This document shows positions 38,570 through 51,803 of a stretch of DNA of 64,000 nt, piece after piece. The stretch spans positions 62,498,001 through 62,562,000 of the forward strand of contig CM052817.1 of assembly GCA_028534125.1 (NCBI GenBank), read 5' to 3'. The position numbers and the translations under genes are program-made. Position 1 is the stretch's first letter; every line of letters starts with the position of its first letter. The notes under the pieces are model-generated. The model was given only the letters and a program-made list of their open reading frames with translations, searched no databases and was not told the DNA's origin. Origin of the DNA: Lama glama. Lineage: Eukaryota.

Positions 38570-40025
38570 TCTAACTATCCATAATGGATGGAACACAAAA
38601 TACCTACCCATAAAAGACATAGACTATAGAACATTACATAACTTTCCTGAGTGATACAAAAGAAAGCTCAAATAATGAGAAGGGTACCATGGTTCCTGGA
38701 TAAGAAGGCAGAATTATAAAGAAATGTACTTTTCTAAAATGAATTTAGAGTGAAATAAGTTTCTTTATAATTTGGCAAAACTGTTCTTAAGTTATAGAAA
38801 AAGGAAAATTTAAGAAAATTTAGAGAAAAGTAGAAAAATAGAAAAATAACAATCCAGGACAATTTCCATTAGATATTAAAATGTTGCAAATAGATTCGGC
38901 CCCAAGACTGAGCAGAATAAATACTCTGAAATGAGACAAAACCCTAAAGAAGCTTGATTACAGAACATTTATAAATAGTAAAAAGAAATTAATTGGTCAA
39001 TAGATTTTTAATAAAATTCATTAAAATAATTGCTTAACTCTATTGTAAACAAATACATTTAGATCACAAATGAAACCTTACCAAATTAAATTTCAACTGG
39101 ATTGAAGTACTTAATGAATGATATAAACTCCAAAAACTTAAAAAAAAATATATATATGCACTTTTATTCAGAGGGAAGATTATTCTTAGGTTGAAATTAG
39201 TGATAGAGGACACGAAATAAATACAGACATGTTAGATTACATGATCCTTGGAGAAATTTTATTACAACAAACTAAAAAAAAGCAAATATAAATTAGCAAA
39301 CATTATTAATAATAGCTAAAATAAAGTATTAAAGATAAGTATTTGATATTTTATCATAAGAAAATTATGCTAATATATCAATAACATATAAAGGAGAAAG
39401 GAAATCAAACAGTTTAAAAAACATAAAATACAAAAAGTTAGAAAATTCAGGAAATTCTATGTTTGTACTAGAAATTAAACACATGAAAAATTGAAATGAC
39501 AGTTTTTCTAAAATAAAGCAGCCATTTATAAAACATTATACAAATATAGAAGAGGGTATGGCAAAAGAAATGTTTTCTTATATCGCTGCTGGGATATAAG
39601 TTGTGACAAGCTTTTCGGAAGAAATTTGACTATATTTATCAAGAGTCATAAAAGGCATGATGCCTAAGTAGTCCAGTCTATGAATCTTTTCTAAGAAAAC
39701 AACCTAAATTATAAGAGATATTTATGTATAAAAGTGTTTATAACAAATTATCTACTATAGCTAAATTTGAGAATAATGTCAAAAAGTGTTTAAGATATGC
39801 AGCAAGTAAAAACTAGATTTATACAGATTTTAATAATGAATGTCCATGTAATATTCCATATTATATTAAAGGATAACATTCAGATACCACATAGAGCATG
39901 TCTCAGTCATGTAAGTATAGATCAAATACATACACACAAAATAAACTAACACTTAATAACTTACTTTCTTATCTGCTCATGGGTCTTCTCTAAATTTTTA
40001 AAAATGATCCTTTACAATGGGAAAA
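38570..40025 (+). mobile_element. Highly decayed L1ME ORF2/3' region
   Basis: aaagaaagctcaaataatgagaagggtaccatggttcctggataagaagg resembles KEDLNKWRDIPCSWIGR; gctgctgggatataagttgtgacaagcttttcggaa; A-rich. Confidence 0.72.
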
Positions 40026-40408
40026 TGTAGTAACCGAAATGAATAGAAGAGGAAGGCAAGTGGTTTTTTCAATTGAACTAAAATTACCCTAAATATGTTT
40101 TTTTACATATAAGAATATTGAATAAATTCAAATTTCTAATTCTTTACTAGTTAATGTTTTATTGATTATAGTTTAAAATAATATAGGCTTTTTGCCTCTT
40201 GAGAATGTAATTCTAAATGTCACTTATATGATTATACAGATGAGAATAGAAATATTTTTGAATATTTTAGATGCAGGAATTCTATTGAATATTAAAACAT
40301 AATTATAAAACTACAACTATTTAAAGTTTCTATAACCAGTAAGGGGGAAAAAACATTGATGGAATCCATGAATAGTACAAATTTTGGATATTCTTTTTTA
40401 AATGTGAC

Positions 40409-40741
40409 TGTCTTAGCCTGAATTCCTGAGGAAGCCACCGGAGGTGAAGGTTGGGATTGACTGCAGGAGGTGCAGTGTCAGGATCACAAGAGTAAAGGAC
40501 AAGGGAGCTAAGTCAGGGGAGGAAGGAGAATCACGAAAGACGATGCATTCACATGCTGGCCACTCCTCCACTACTACTCCTCAGGGCAAAGCTTGGCAGG
40601 TTGGTCTGCTTGGCTTCACCTCACTGGACACCCGGACACAGAAATCATACGCATTTTCTGTCCATCAGAGGAAGAAAGAAAAGGACTCCTGTTTCCCAGT
40701 CATCAAATTTTTACCCACAGGAATTATATCCACATTCCTTC

Positions 40742-40785
<44 letters not shown>

Positions 40786-41050
40786 GGTTGCATCATCTGG
40801 CCTCTTTGGTGGTTGCTTGGGGCACCAAACCTGTTACCCTGAGGTGTGGTGCATCATTCAGGTTCAGAAGGAAGGAACCAGAAACTGAGGGCAAGTGGCT
40901 GGTTACCTGATGTGCAGTGGCCGTTAAAAATCACAGCAAGGCTTCGTGGACCTAAGGGGAATAGGTCAGTCACTGCAGTGACTGAGGAGGAGCAGGCAGG
41001 TGCAGGAAACTGGTGCTCAGGAAATCTGAGGAGGTGTGTATGTTCAGCAT
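40409..41050 (-). mobile_element. ERVL-type solo LTR (LTR16-like) with internal (CA)n at 40744-40781
   Basis: Starts tgtcttagcctgaattcctgaggaagc (reverse of ..ctaagaca); GC-rich block with sharp edges in an AT-rich background. Confidence 0.6.
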
Positions 41051-41273
41051 AATGGCCATCCCTTGTTTGTTCAAATGTGCTGTGCTCTCTCCTATTAAAA
41101 ATCTAAAACTAAAACTCAGACAATACAAATTTACTGATTTTATCCTTATCCTTCCTACCTGCCCTCCTTTCTCCCTTTCAGAGTCAACAATCTCAAAAGA
41201 ATTACGCATAATCACTGTGACATTTCCACAATCTCAATTTCCTTCCAGCTATTAGTCAAGACTCATTATATCA

Positions 41274-41773
41274 NNNNNNNNNNNNNNNNNNNNNNNNNNN
41301 NNNNNNNNNNNNNNNNNNNNNNNNNNNNNNNNNNNNNNNNNNNNNNNNNNNNNNNNNNNNNNNNNNNNNNNNNNNNNNNNNNNNNNNNNNNNNNNNNNNN
41401 NNNNNNNNNNNNNNNNNNNNNNNNNNNNNNNNNNNNNNNNNNNNNNNNNNNNNNNNNNNNNNNNNNNNNNNNNNNNNNNNNNNNNNNNNNNNNNNNNNNN
41501 NNNNNNNNNNNNNNNNNNNNNNNNNNNNNNNNNNNNNNNNNNNNNNNNNNNNNNNNNNNNNNNNNNNNNNNNNNNNNNNNNNNNNNNNNNNNNNNNNNNN
41601 NNNNNNNNNNNNNNNNNNNNNNNNNNNNNNNNNNNNNNNNNNNNNNNNNNNNNNNNNNNNNNNNNNNNNNNNNNNNNNNNNNNNNNNNNNNNNNNNNNNN
41701 NNNNNNNNNNNNNNNNNNNNNNNNNNNNNNNNNNNNNNNNNNNNNNNNNNNNNNNNNNNNNNNNNNNNNNNNN
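41274..41773. other. Assembly gap (exactly 500 N)
   Basis: Run of N characters. Confidence 1.
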
Positions 41774-42137
41774 ACCAAAACAGCATTATAAGGCATTGTT
41801 ACTGATCCAAGAACCTAACATTACAAGTATCTATATCAGGGCTGATATAAGAGTGTGAGTGTTGTGCAATAGTCACTCTTATACTTCAAGTTGGGTTATG
41901 ACTTGTTCTGAAAACTTGTTTTGGCAATATACAGCAAAAACTTACACATGTGTGTGCTCTCTGATCAGTTATAAAGAATGATCAATTAATTACTGATTGA
42001 CTCAACAATATAGAAACTCATTCCTATAACAGTAATATTTTGCCTTTGGGCAAAAATTATACATATATTATGCAATTGCTTTTAGCTTGCTTTGTAATAT
42101 CTTTACTTATTTTTCAGTGATGTTTAGTTTGTTCTCC

Positions 42138-42480
42138 TCAGCTTTACTGAGGTATAATTAACAAATTAAATTGTGTGTATTTAAGGTATACAACTTGATG
42201 TTTTGCTATACATGTACGTTGTGAAATAACCGTCACAATCAAGCTAATTGACACATCCATCACCTCCCATAGTTACCATTTTCTTCTCTCTCTTTCTGTG
42301 TGTGTGTGGTGTTGAGACACTTAAGATCTACTCTTTTAATAAATTTAAAGAATACAATAAGATATACCAGTGTTCAAGGGCTCCCTCTTCTTTTAGAAAA
42401 TAACTAACTCTTCAGGTCCAATGCCCATTTTAAAATCAGGTTTTTTGTTTATTTTCCCTATTACACGGATTACAAATATT
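42138..42480 (-). mobile_element. L1MA8/9-like 3' end
   Basis: cagctttactgaggtataattaacaaat..tatttaaggtatacaac..cacaatcaagctaattgacacatccatcacctcccatagttacc..acttaagatctactct. Confidence 0.88.
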
Positions 42481-43660
42481 TTATCTTGGCAAGCAGACAT
42501 GCAGTATATACTCTGCAGGTATAGACTACAAAGACATTTCAGGTCACTACACAAATAGTATGTTTACAGCTATCTGAATCTATCAGACTGCCTACCAAAG
42601 CACGTTGTAAAACTACATGTCCTATTCCCTGTGCATGTGTATCTACCTAAAATAGTCTATTTTCATGGTATTTTTCAACATTCCTGTTTAATAGGATACA
42701 GTAAATATCACACAAACACACAACTAAATAAATAAAATAAAATAAGCTTTAAATGGAAATGGAAGAATTTGATTTCTAAACACTAAATTTCCATTAACCT
42801 ATTAATAAATCATTTAAAATTGCCGTGAACATAGAATGTTCAGTGGGAAGAAAGAGCTTTGGGTTCTTGCTCATTTTAAGTGATAGGTCCTGTCTACGCT
42901 AACACAGTTATGCTGTGATGTCTTGAACATGTTGTATTTCTTGTGTATATTTTGGTGGTGTTGCGACAAATAACAAGTAAAAATGGTTGTTAGAGACTTT
43001 GATCATATAAAGTCCTACATTAGCACTTAATAAGTGTGGACACAAATGTGAGTGGCTCAGTTCACTTTTACATAGCTATCAAGATGTACTATAGGTTCTA
43101 CTACTTCTTCCTAAATAATCTAAGAGGCTATAAATTTATAGTTAGCACAGCCTTTATAGGTTTTTTGTAACACGGAATTTACTGAAGTCATTTTCATATT
43201 AGTTAAACATTGGACCTATACTTAACATTAATCTTTTATCTTTTAAACAATTAAAAATACAAATTCAAGTCATTGTACTGATACCACAAGCTGACTGCTG
43301 TGATCTGCTCTATTTCACCCACTGATTTACTGAAAAGTCTTCTCATATGATTTAGGCATACCAAGAGGTTTTTTTTAATCAAGATTGAATTTTAATTTTT
43401 GTTAGAATGTACTTTACCCACATCTTTTTAAATTTTCATGTTTTCTCTTGAATTTGTTAATATGATAAAATATAATGCAATTTTTATAATGATAAATATC
43501 CATATATTTCTTGGATAAACCCAATTTCATCATATTATCTTTAAAAAAAGAATACTGCTATATTCTTTTTGCTAATATTTTATGCAATATTTTAACATCT
43601 ACATTCACAACCAAATTTGATCAATACATTTATTCTCATGGATAGTTTTTCCTTGGTTAT

Positions 43661-44003
43661 TGCAGTGGACTGAATGTTTGTGTCCCTGCAGTTTTCATAT
43701 GGTGAAACCTAATTCCCAATATGATAGTATTTGGATGTGAGGCCTTTGTGAGGTGATTAGATCGTGAATGGGATAGTGCCACTATAATAGGGTGCCCCAG
43801 AGAGATCTCTCACCCCTTCAGCTATGGGAGGTCATGGTGGAAAAGCAGCAGCCAATGAGGAAATGTCCCCTCACAGTCAGTGAATCTGCTAGCACCTTGA
43901 TCTTGCACTTCCAGATGACAGAATTGTGAGGACTAAATTTCTGTTTTTTATAAGCCACACTGTCTGCAGAAGGTATTTTGTTACAGCAGCTGGAACAGAC
44001 CAA
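43661..44003 (+). mobile_element. MLT1A/MLT1A0 MaLR solo LTR with 5-bp TSD
   Basis: tgcagtggactgaatgtttgtgtccc...gaatctgctagcaccttgatcttgcacttcc...ggtattttgttacagcagc; GTTAT at 43656-43660 and 44004-44008. Confidence 0.92.
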
Positions 44004-45089
44004 GTTATAGTATTCAAGTTATTGTTATAAGGTTATAGTATGTATGTTCAATGTACTGTCTTGCTTTTTTCTCTAGAAGAATTTGTTAAAGATTTGAATC
44101 ACCTAGTCCCTGAAAGTTTGTTCTATTTTGCTTTAAAACCATCTGAGCCAAGATTTGTGTGTGTGTTTGTGGAAAAATCTTAAACTAATTTAATGAATGT
44201 AGTATCATTTGTCCAGTTTCTTCTTGAACCATTTTTACTATATTTATTTTTCTATAGACTCCCTACTTCATTTAAATTTTAAACTATATTGGCATAAAAT
44301 TATTCATAATATTCTCTTATTTTAAAAGTCTGCAGCATTTGTAATCACATCTCCTATTTCAGTTTCAATACTTTTATCATTTTCTTTTATTTATTTTTAA
44401 AAATTTTCATCTTACTAGAATTTATGCTTTCTCCCTCTATTGTTTCGGAAATTATACATAATTTCTGTAGGTTTTATGTTCATTGCTCATTTTTTCCCCA
44501 TCTTAAATGGGATGTTTAACATATTAATTTGTAGACTTCTTTTCTAATATAAGCAATTAAGTCCTGTTAGAATTTTCAGCTGCATGTCACATATTTCGGT
44601 GTGTAATGTTCATTATCATTCTGTTTCAAGTGTTTTCTCATTTCTGCTGTGTTGACTGCATTAACACACAAGCTGTTAAGAATGCAGATTGTTGTAGTGT
44701 TTATGTGTTTTTTAATTATTAATGCCTCATTTTATCATGTGTTAGATAGTGTGGTCTGTATAAGCAATACTTTGAAATGTGCTGACACTTGTTCTGTGAC
44801 CAGTTGCACGATGATTTAACATAAATGTTCCACGTAGGTTTGAGATAGATTTCTGTGTACATTTTCTGTATTAAGCCCATTATACTAACTCTGTAATTTG
44901 CGTTGCTCAAATATTCTATATCCTTACATCCTTACAATTATTTGTATTTGTTTGGTTATATAAATTTGAGAAAGAAGTGTATTGACATCTTCTACCATGA
45001 GTATGAATTTTTCAACTCCTCCATTGATCTGCCAGTATTTTCAAACTATTTATTAATTGCATACAAATTTACAACTGTCATTTTTTCTC

Positions 45090-45220
45090 CCATAGAATAT
45101 CATCTCTCTACCAAAAAGTTATACATAAGGGCAGGTTTTGGTATCTGCTTTTTCACTATTATATGTCTTATATCTAGAACTGTGCCTAGATTCATAAATA
45201 TTTGTTGAGAGTTAAAGAAA
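45090..45220 (+). mobile_element. L2 3' end within old L1
   Basis: aagggcaggttttggtatctgcttt..tctagaactgtgcctag..ataaatatttgttga. Confidence 0.7.
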
Positions 45221-47609
45221 TCATCTTGGTAATTAAATGTTTTATCATTAGATGGCAACTTCAAAAATCACTAATTGTGTTTTTTTCCCCTTAAATTCTA
45301 GTTGTCCATTTTTAATATAGTGACATAACTCACACATGTTCATGTCTTTTTTAAAAATCTTACGTTCTTTGTTTCTTTTTGCCTATTTATTTTTCTGCCT
45401 TCCTTATTGATTTTAATTTGGTTGATTTTTTTCTCTATATTATTTTCCCACTATTGTTTTGAAAGTTATGAATTGTTATTTCTATATTTTAGTGATTGCC
45501 ATAGATATTTTACATGTATGCCTATTATAACAATGTCTAAAATTGAATGGCATGTATACTGTCCTTCTAACTTAAAGGAAACTTACAGTATTTAAATTCT
45601 GATTCTTGCTTCAAATGAAAAAACTTTGTTGGTATGTTTTGACATTTTGATTCTGTATTTTTTAACTTCACTAATTAAATAATATTAATATTATTATCAA
45701 TTTTCAGTCAACACTTTTTAAGATTTATCTTGTTGTTTACCTTTTTATTTTTGTCATTCCTTCTCTCATATCACACTCCTTTTAGGATTATTTTCCATTC
45801 TCCTAACATGTATCTTTTAGAGTTTCCTACAGAAAAGGTCTATTTATGATAAATTCTGTCTGTTTTTTGTCTTAAACCACCTTCTTTTCACTCTCATCCC
45901 TCAAAGTTAGTTTCACTGGGTATAAAATTTGAATTTTGCAGAAACTTTCTCCAGGAATTTTTAGGAAATTATTCCATAGTATCATGACTCCTAATTTTGC
46001 TTCTGAGAAGTCTACCATCAGTATGGTTATTATAATTTATAGTTAATTTGTGCTTTCTCTCTGCTGTTTTGAATATATTATTCATTGTTACCTTCCTACA
46101 TGATATGAATTAGTGCTGTGTAAACTTAGTACAGAAGTTCCAGAGAACTTACCACTTCAAGTCATGTTCTACATCCCCAAAGAGTTGCTTAGAATACTAG
46201 AATCGCAATATCCTTGTCCTAAAAAGGTCACGGTAGTTTCTTTCTTCTCAATAATACATGGTTATAAACTGGACATAAGAATCGTAGCCCCCAGGGGTAT
46301 GATGTATGTAGAAGGTAAAAATCTGATGGCCTTCATAGTATGGTATCCATGAATCACCCTGGTACTAGACTCAGCTAGATTTTATCCTATCCCTCACTGA
46401 AACTGCTTTTTCTGAACCTTTGTGGTGCTATGTTGTAACAATAATTCAATGTCTCTTTTTCTGCTTCTTGTCACAATACCTTCCTGGAAATGCTCTAGCA
46501 TCTTTTAGTCATTTGCACTATAATAGTTCTAAATCTTCTTTGACTGCATATCCCACAGCATCGGCAAAATTCTTAGGTATCTGGGGCTGGTTGTCTCGTC
46601 TAGGCAGAACTGTGAACAAATGAGAACAGATCTAAGATTTATCTCTTTTTCCACCTCAAAGACTTTAGACAATAACCTGAGTAAAAATGACTTTCCGATT
46701 TGCAAATTTCAATTGATTATTTAATACCATATAAATCAGTTTCTCAGTCTCAGAGTGCACCCTCTCCCCCAAATTTGCAGTTCTCTGTATAATACTAGTA
46801 CCAGGATATTTCTTGAATCTTTTGTTAAATACTAAAGAAACACAAAGTCTTATGTCTGAGGAACACATGTGCTTGATACCATGAAACCAATAGTTAGGGA
46901 GTCATGATGAATATATACCTAATTCAGTACTAAGCTGATTATTTTAATCTGAGGTGAAGTTCCAGTTGTACCTTTCATACAACCATAATTTGGAAATCTT
47001 TTAGGTGTGACTAAAAATAATCATGGGTACCATTATGATTTAATCTCTGCTCAATGTCACATTCAAAGAAAATATTATTCAACTCCAGAAACCTATAGTT
47101 TTCATTTTAAAATGTGCTTCACTTAAAAAATGTTTCTTAAAGATTTAAATTTCTTCAAAAAGTACTTTTGTAAAGAACATCTTTGAAGTGTGTAAGATTG
47201 ATTCAATGGGGAATACATTTTGCTTGTCAAACAATGACTGGTTCATTTGGATGTGAGATTATTCCTACTTTTGGAAATATGTGTATCTCCATTTTAAGTG
47301 AAATAAGGCATGGTGTTTTTTCAAGGAGATTAGAGCCTAGTGTGAGATAGAAAACAAAAATAAATAATAATAATGCTGATAAGTATATTATATTTGTTTT
47401 GCACAGTGGTTTTCGGGAACTCAGAAAAGAAATTTTCAAATGCTCTTGGGATCATGTAAATTTTCCTGGAAGAAAAGATATTTAAGCTAACATTTAAAAA
47501 TACAATGAAAAATGATCTGATGGGAAACAGATGAGTAGCCTTCACCAAGAGATAGAGCAACCTGTGTTAAAGCATAGCAGTTTGAAACTGCAAGATGATC
47601 TTCAATTTG

Positions 47610-47925
47610 CAAATAGTGTATCATGGCTGGAGTGGAGAGTGCTTTCAAGGGATGTGGCAGAATGATAAACAGGGAGAATATTCTAAGGAGTGTCTTCATT
47701 TAAGAAATTTAAACTTTACCCTTGACCACATTAATATATTTAAACCAAGAGAATGATGTAGTATTTGCATTTTAGAACAAAATCATTTTGTTACCATCAT
47801 GAGGCATGGATGCTAGGTATTGGAATGACAATTGTTGGGGTCAGGATGCCACTTGTGAAGTGAGATTTAATAAGAGCTTGAACCAGGATATTGGAGATAG
47901 ATAGGGAGGAGTTGATCTATAGGAA
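47610..47925 (-). mobile_element. L2 fragment
   Basis: ggctggagtggagag..aagaaatttaaactttaccct..tttgcattttagaa..gagcttgaaccagg. Confidence 0.65.
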
Positions 47926-48684
47926 AAAGGCAGGGGAAGGGGGAAAAAAAGCATTTTTTTTTGACAAACAGCATCATTTATCATTTTTTTCTAAATGAGA
48001 TTCCAACACTAGGAAAAAATGAGAGAAAAACTGGATCCAGAATGGTTTTAAATTTTCTGTACAAATATTAATAGAATATGCTATTATTAGCCTGACAAAA
48101 ATGAATTCGGGTTACCTAGGATCATCATAGAAAACCTTTCAACCAATGTTTCTAACCTCAATGACTGAGATATTTCACCATAATTTACTTTCCAGAACAC
48201 AGAGCTGCCTTCAGTGCATAATGAGACAACAGTCTTCTCCAGCTTATCATTCACTGGAGTAGAATCTTCATACGGCCACTGACATGTGGAGTCCCTCATG
48301 AATCCCTGGAGAAGCTGGACCCGAGCACATGTTACTCCATTCAGGTAACTCTTCAGTGATGGCTTTCCCATGCTACCTTGGTAAGCAAGGCTATAACTCA
48401 CATGCTGTAGCTTATCTGGGTTTGATCCTTTCACATCAAATTATTTTTTCCACTTGGGTTAGGAAAAAACTTGAATAATGTTGGAAAATATTACTTTAAG
48501 AAGTAATCCATTTTTGCTAATATAAAAAATTATTCTGTTGTGGAATATTCAAATTATAATAATCATTTTTATAAATGGAAGTAGGCAGTTTGATAAATAG
48601 TTTGGCTTATGAATAATAAATTAAGGAAATACTACATCCCAACTGTTCTGAACTTCAGAAATAGAAGAGTGAGTTTCACCTAGC

Positions 48685-49090
48685 TCTGGCAGAGCCTGAT
48701 TAGTTGGTAAGCAAATGCCATTTTTTATTCTCCCTGATGCATATTCAGACTACATTTTCCAGCTCCTTTGCAGTCAAGTATGGTCATAAGACTGAGTGTT
48801 GACTGTTGGAAGATAAGGTGAAATGACTTGCACCACTTCTAGGTCTGGACCGTAGTAACTTTCTTCTCAATACCCTTGACTCTCATATCCTCCATTGACC
48901 ACAGGACACTATAGTGACCTAGAGTATGCTGGGGACACTGGATGAATTCAGCCTAAATCTTGGAATGGTTATTTAGTCTCTCACAGATTAGGGACATTCA
49001 TTTTAAAATTTAAATGTGTAAGAAATAAATTTCTGTTTTATAAACCACTGAAATTTTAGAGTTTATGTGTTTTGGCAACTAACAAAATTA
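48685..49090 (+). mobile_element. MaLR solo LTR (MLT1J-like)
   Basis: agactacattttccagctcctttgcagtcaagtatggtcataagactgag...gaaataaatttctgttttataaaccactgaaatttt. Confidence 0.82.
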
Positions 49091-49219
49091 TTATTGAAGC
49101 CCAGATAATGTAAATTGCTTATTACTCTGTTGGTTTCTTAAATCTAAAAGCTTATCAAGGCATGGATAACCTCACACAAAGGCTATCTTCTCTTCTGGAA
49201 GTTTCTGTAATGTGCAGTC

Positions 49220-49716
49220 ATTTATTAAGAAATGTGAAAGGTCTGAGGTTTTTGCCTTACTTTCAAGCTAACAAGTTAGTCTGCCACAACTTCATAGATG
49301 CTAGCAGAAGACCCAAGTTTCCTGGGTCAGAGAAAAGGACTTTTTTACTCATTGCATGGCAGATAGAACCACAGCTTTTCTGCCCTAACCTCATGTCCTT
49401 AATTCCCATGGAGATGTTGCAGATATAGGCCCAGATGAATCCTGAAAATTCAGTGAGTTTGTTCCAAAACTGAGGAACCCTAAGCTTAGGGCCCTCTGAT
49501 CTTCTAAAAGTTTGCTGCTAGCAAACTGCCCAACTTCGGCCTGGAAGGAGACCTTATCTTTATTACCCTAATCAGGAAAGAAATCTGCCCTCTTCCCCAG
49601 AAAGTGACACTATCTCTTTTTCCAAAGCTGTTTGCTATACAAACATGCTTAAAGAATAGTCTGGGACAAAAGCTGAAACAAAATGTGCAGATGCTGTGAA
49701 GAATTCTCTCTCAGTA
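49220..49716 (-). mobile_element. ERVL solo LTR (MER76-like)
   Basis: gtgaaaggtctgag..tcaagctaacaagttagtctgccac..gcagaagac..ctgggtcagagaaaaggacttt..gctgtttgctatacaaacat..gaattctctctcag matches the reverse of the recalled consensus. Confidence 0.75.
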
Positions 49717-51172
49717 TGTTTTAGATTCCAGGATATACAACTAGACAGCAAATCATAGGAAAATGCAATGGGAAAGCAACTAGGGGACTTTGAAAGCCGT
49801 ATCTCTGTTCCTTCATTTTAAGGGCTATGGAAAATATGTGCAGATTGATATGACTGGGCCAAGGTCATATGGAGAATCGATGAGAATCTTGAGTCTCTTC
49901 CTTATATCTTGTTCTAAGAAGAGTCATATCCAGATTATACATGCATTTGTATGACTGATGTTAATTCATTCACACACCAGGTTTATATTTTGTTTTAAAA
50001 GCAGTTCTCTAGAAGCAATGCTTACAGGTTTCTGTGTTGGGAGCCAGAAAATCTCCACTCTCATTGCAGATCTGACAATAACAGTTTTATGAGGCCATTT
50101 TGATCTGGCCACCTTCAGGGACAATTAACTACTCTCTTTTCAGAATACGTTGTTCATATCTCTATTACAGTAAGTTGATACATTTGATTATAAATTTGTT
50201 AAAGGCAAGAACTGTTTCTAAAAAAATTATCTCAGTAAGTTGAAAAGTACTTATGCAGAAAATAAATTTGAGGATTGCTGCTATGTGATTACTGTATTCC
50301 AGCTCTTATATTCTATGCTTCCAATGTCTGGGCTGTGATTTAGGCCATATTTCAGTTACCATGTTTAGTTGCCTAGCCAAAAACTAAATACAATGTTATT
50401 TCCATTTGTGTTGTTACCTTGAATTGTAGGCTCAAGCTCCCAGAGATAATGACTAGTTGCTAGAAAATGTACCTTGTCTCTTCCCTACCATTTTAATGAT
50501 ACAATTGGTATAACTAAGCACCATGCTATCATATTTTTGTAGTTAGATTATACTCCTCTGAGTAACAAGAGTGCTAAATTAGAAAAACAAGAAAAAAAAG
50601 GAAAGTGTTTTTCATAAATCCTGTGAAAATTATTGGCCTGTGCAATACGCTAAATGGTAAAATTCCTTTTAGATTGTGCTGTTACGGCAGCACATTGCCC
50701 ACCCCATCTCATGCACATCTACGCTCTCCTAGAAATCCTGTTTACTCCAACACAACTGAAGGGAGACAAGGGCAAACATAGGCAAGAGTTCAAGTTGGGA
50801 ATATGGTTGCAATGAGTAACAACCTTTGCTTTCGCCAGATAATTAAAATTTCAAAGACCCCACCTCTACTTCCACACGCAAGACTCCTGTTTGCCTGGTG
50901 TTTGCTTATTTTATATTCTTTCCCCTAATCACACCAGTTTTTTTTTAATTAGTCTATAATACAGGTTGATTGACTGATTATACCTTAGTGAAAGTGAGAT
51001 TTAAGTGAATATATATGGCTATAAAGATATATTTTATATATAAAGTTATTCTCAAGATTATTTAAAGTAGCTACCTAACTGGCAAGGCTATGTTTGACTC
51101 TAGTTTTTGTTGCTTTTTCTCTATTCATAAATATTTTCACTATGAACTCAATCTACTTATATAATCAGAATA

Positions 51173-51671
51173 TGGTAGTCCCTTCTTATCTGCAGGGATA
51201 TGTTCTGAGAACCCCAGTGGATGCTTGAAACTGCAGACAGTACTGAACCCTATATATACTGTGTTTTTTTCTTATACTTACATACCTATGATAAAGTTTA
51301 ACTTATAAAGTAGACAAAATGAGAGAATAACTGAACTGCCAACATCACTATTTTGGGCTTTGGGAACATTATTAGGTAAAATAAAGGTTACCTGAACACA
51401 AACACTGTAATTTCACCTCCATTGATTCTGATAACTGAGTCAGCTACTAAGTGACTAACAGGAGGATAGTATATATGCCTGGATAAATTAGACAAAAGGA
51501 TGATTAGCATCCAGGGTGAGAGGGAGTGGGACAGCTCAATATTTCATCGTGCTACTCAGAATGGCAGACAGTTGAAAACATATAAATTGTTTATTTCTGG
51601 AATTTTCCATTTAATATTTGTACCACTGTTGACTGCTGGTAACTGAAATTACAGATAAGGGGGAACTACTG
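51173..51671 (+). mobile_element. MER44 (Tigger7-derived) element with TIRs and TA TSD
   Basis: ta|tggtagtcccttcttatctg ... cagataagggggaactactg|ta; internal catacctatgataaagtttaa and gctactcagaatggc. Confidence 0.92.
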
Positions 51672-51803
51672 TAATAAAAAATGTTATTTAAAAAACAACC
51701 TAGGTCACAAGGGAGATATATAAAACACTTCATCATCCTCCTCCGAGAACATATGCATTCTTGTTCCTTTGAGGTTATCAGTAACAAAAAGTGATATTAT
51801 CTC

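Larger units (their letters stand above)
43360..46110 (-). mobile_element. Old L1M body (ORF2 to ORF1 region), interrupted by MLT1A and an L2 3' end
   Basis: T-rich; ttcttggataaacccaattt, ttgctaatattttat..tttaacatctacattcac, taaaaccatctgagcc, tttcactgggtataaaatt, ttgcttctgagaagtctaccatcag. Confidence 0.8.

Noticed and set aside
40444..40910. Three overlapping ORFs of 105-132 aa with HTHTHT runs
   Set aside because: Chance frames through a GC-rich LTR and a (CA)n microsatellite.
41266..41796. Longest ORFs in the track (176 and 171 aa)
   Set aside because: Artefacts of translating the N gap.
49478..49527. Palindrome ccctaagcttaggg and hairpin agtttgct..agcaaact
   Set aside because: Short and inside a decayed LTR; expected by chance.
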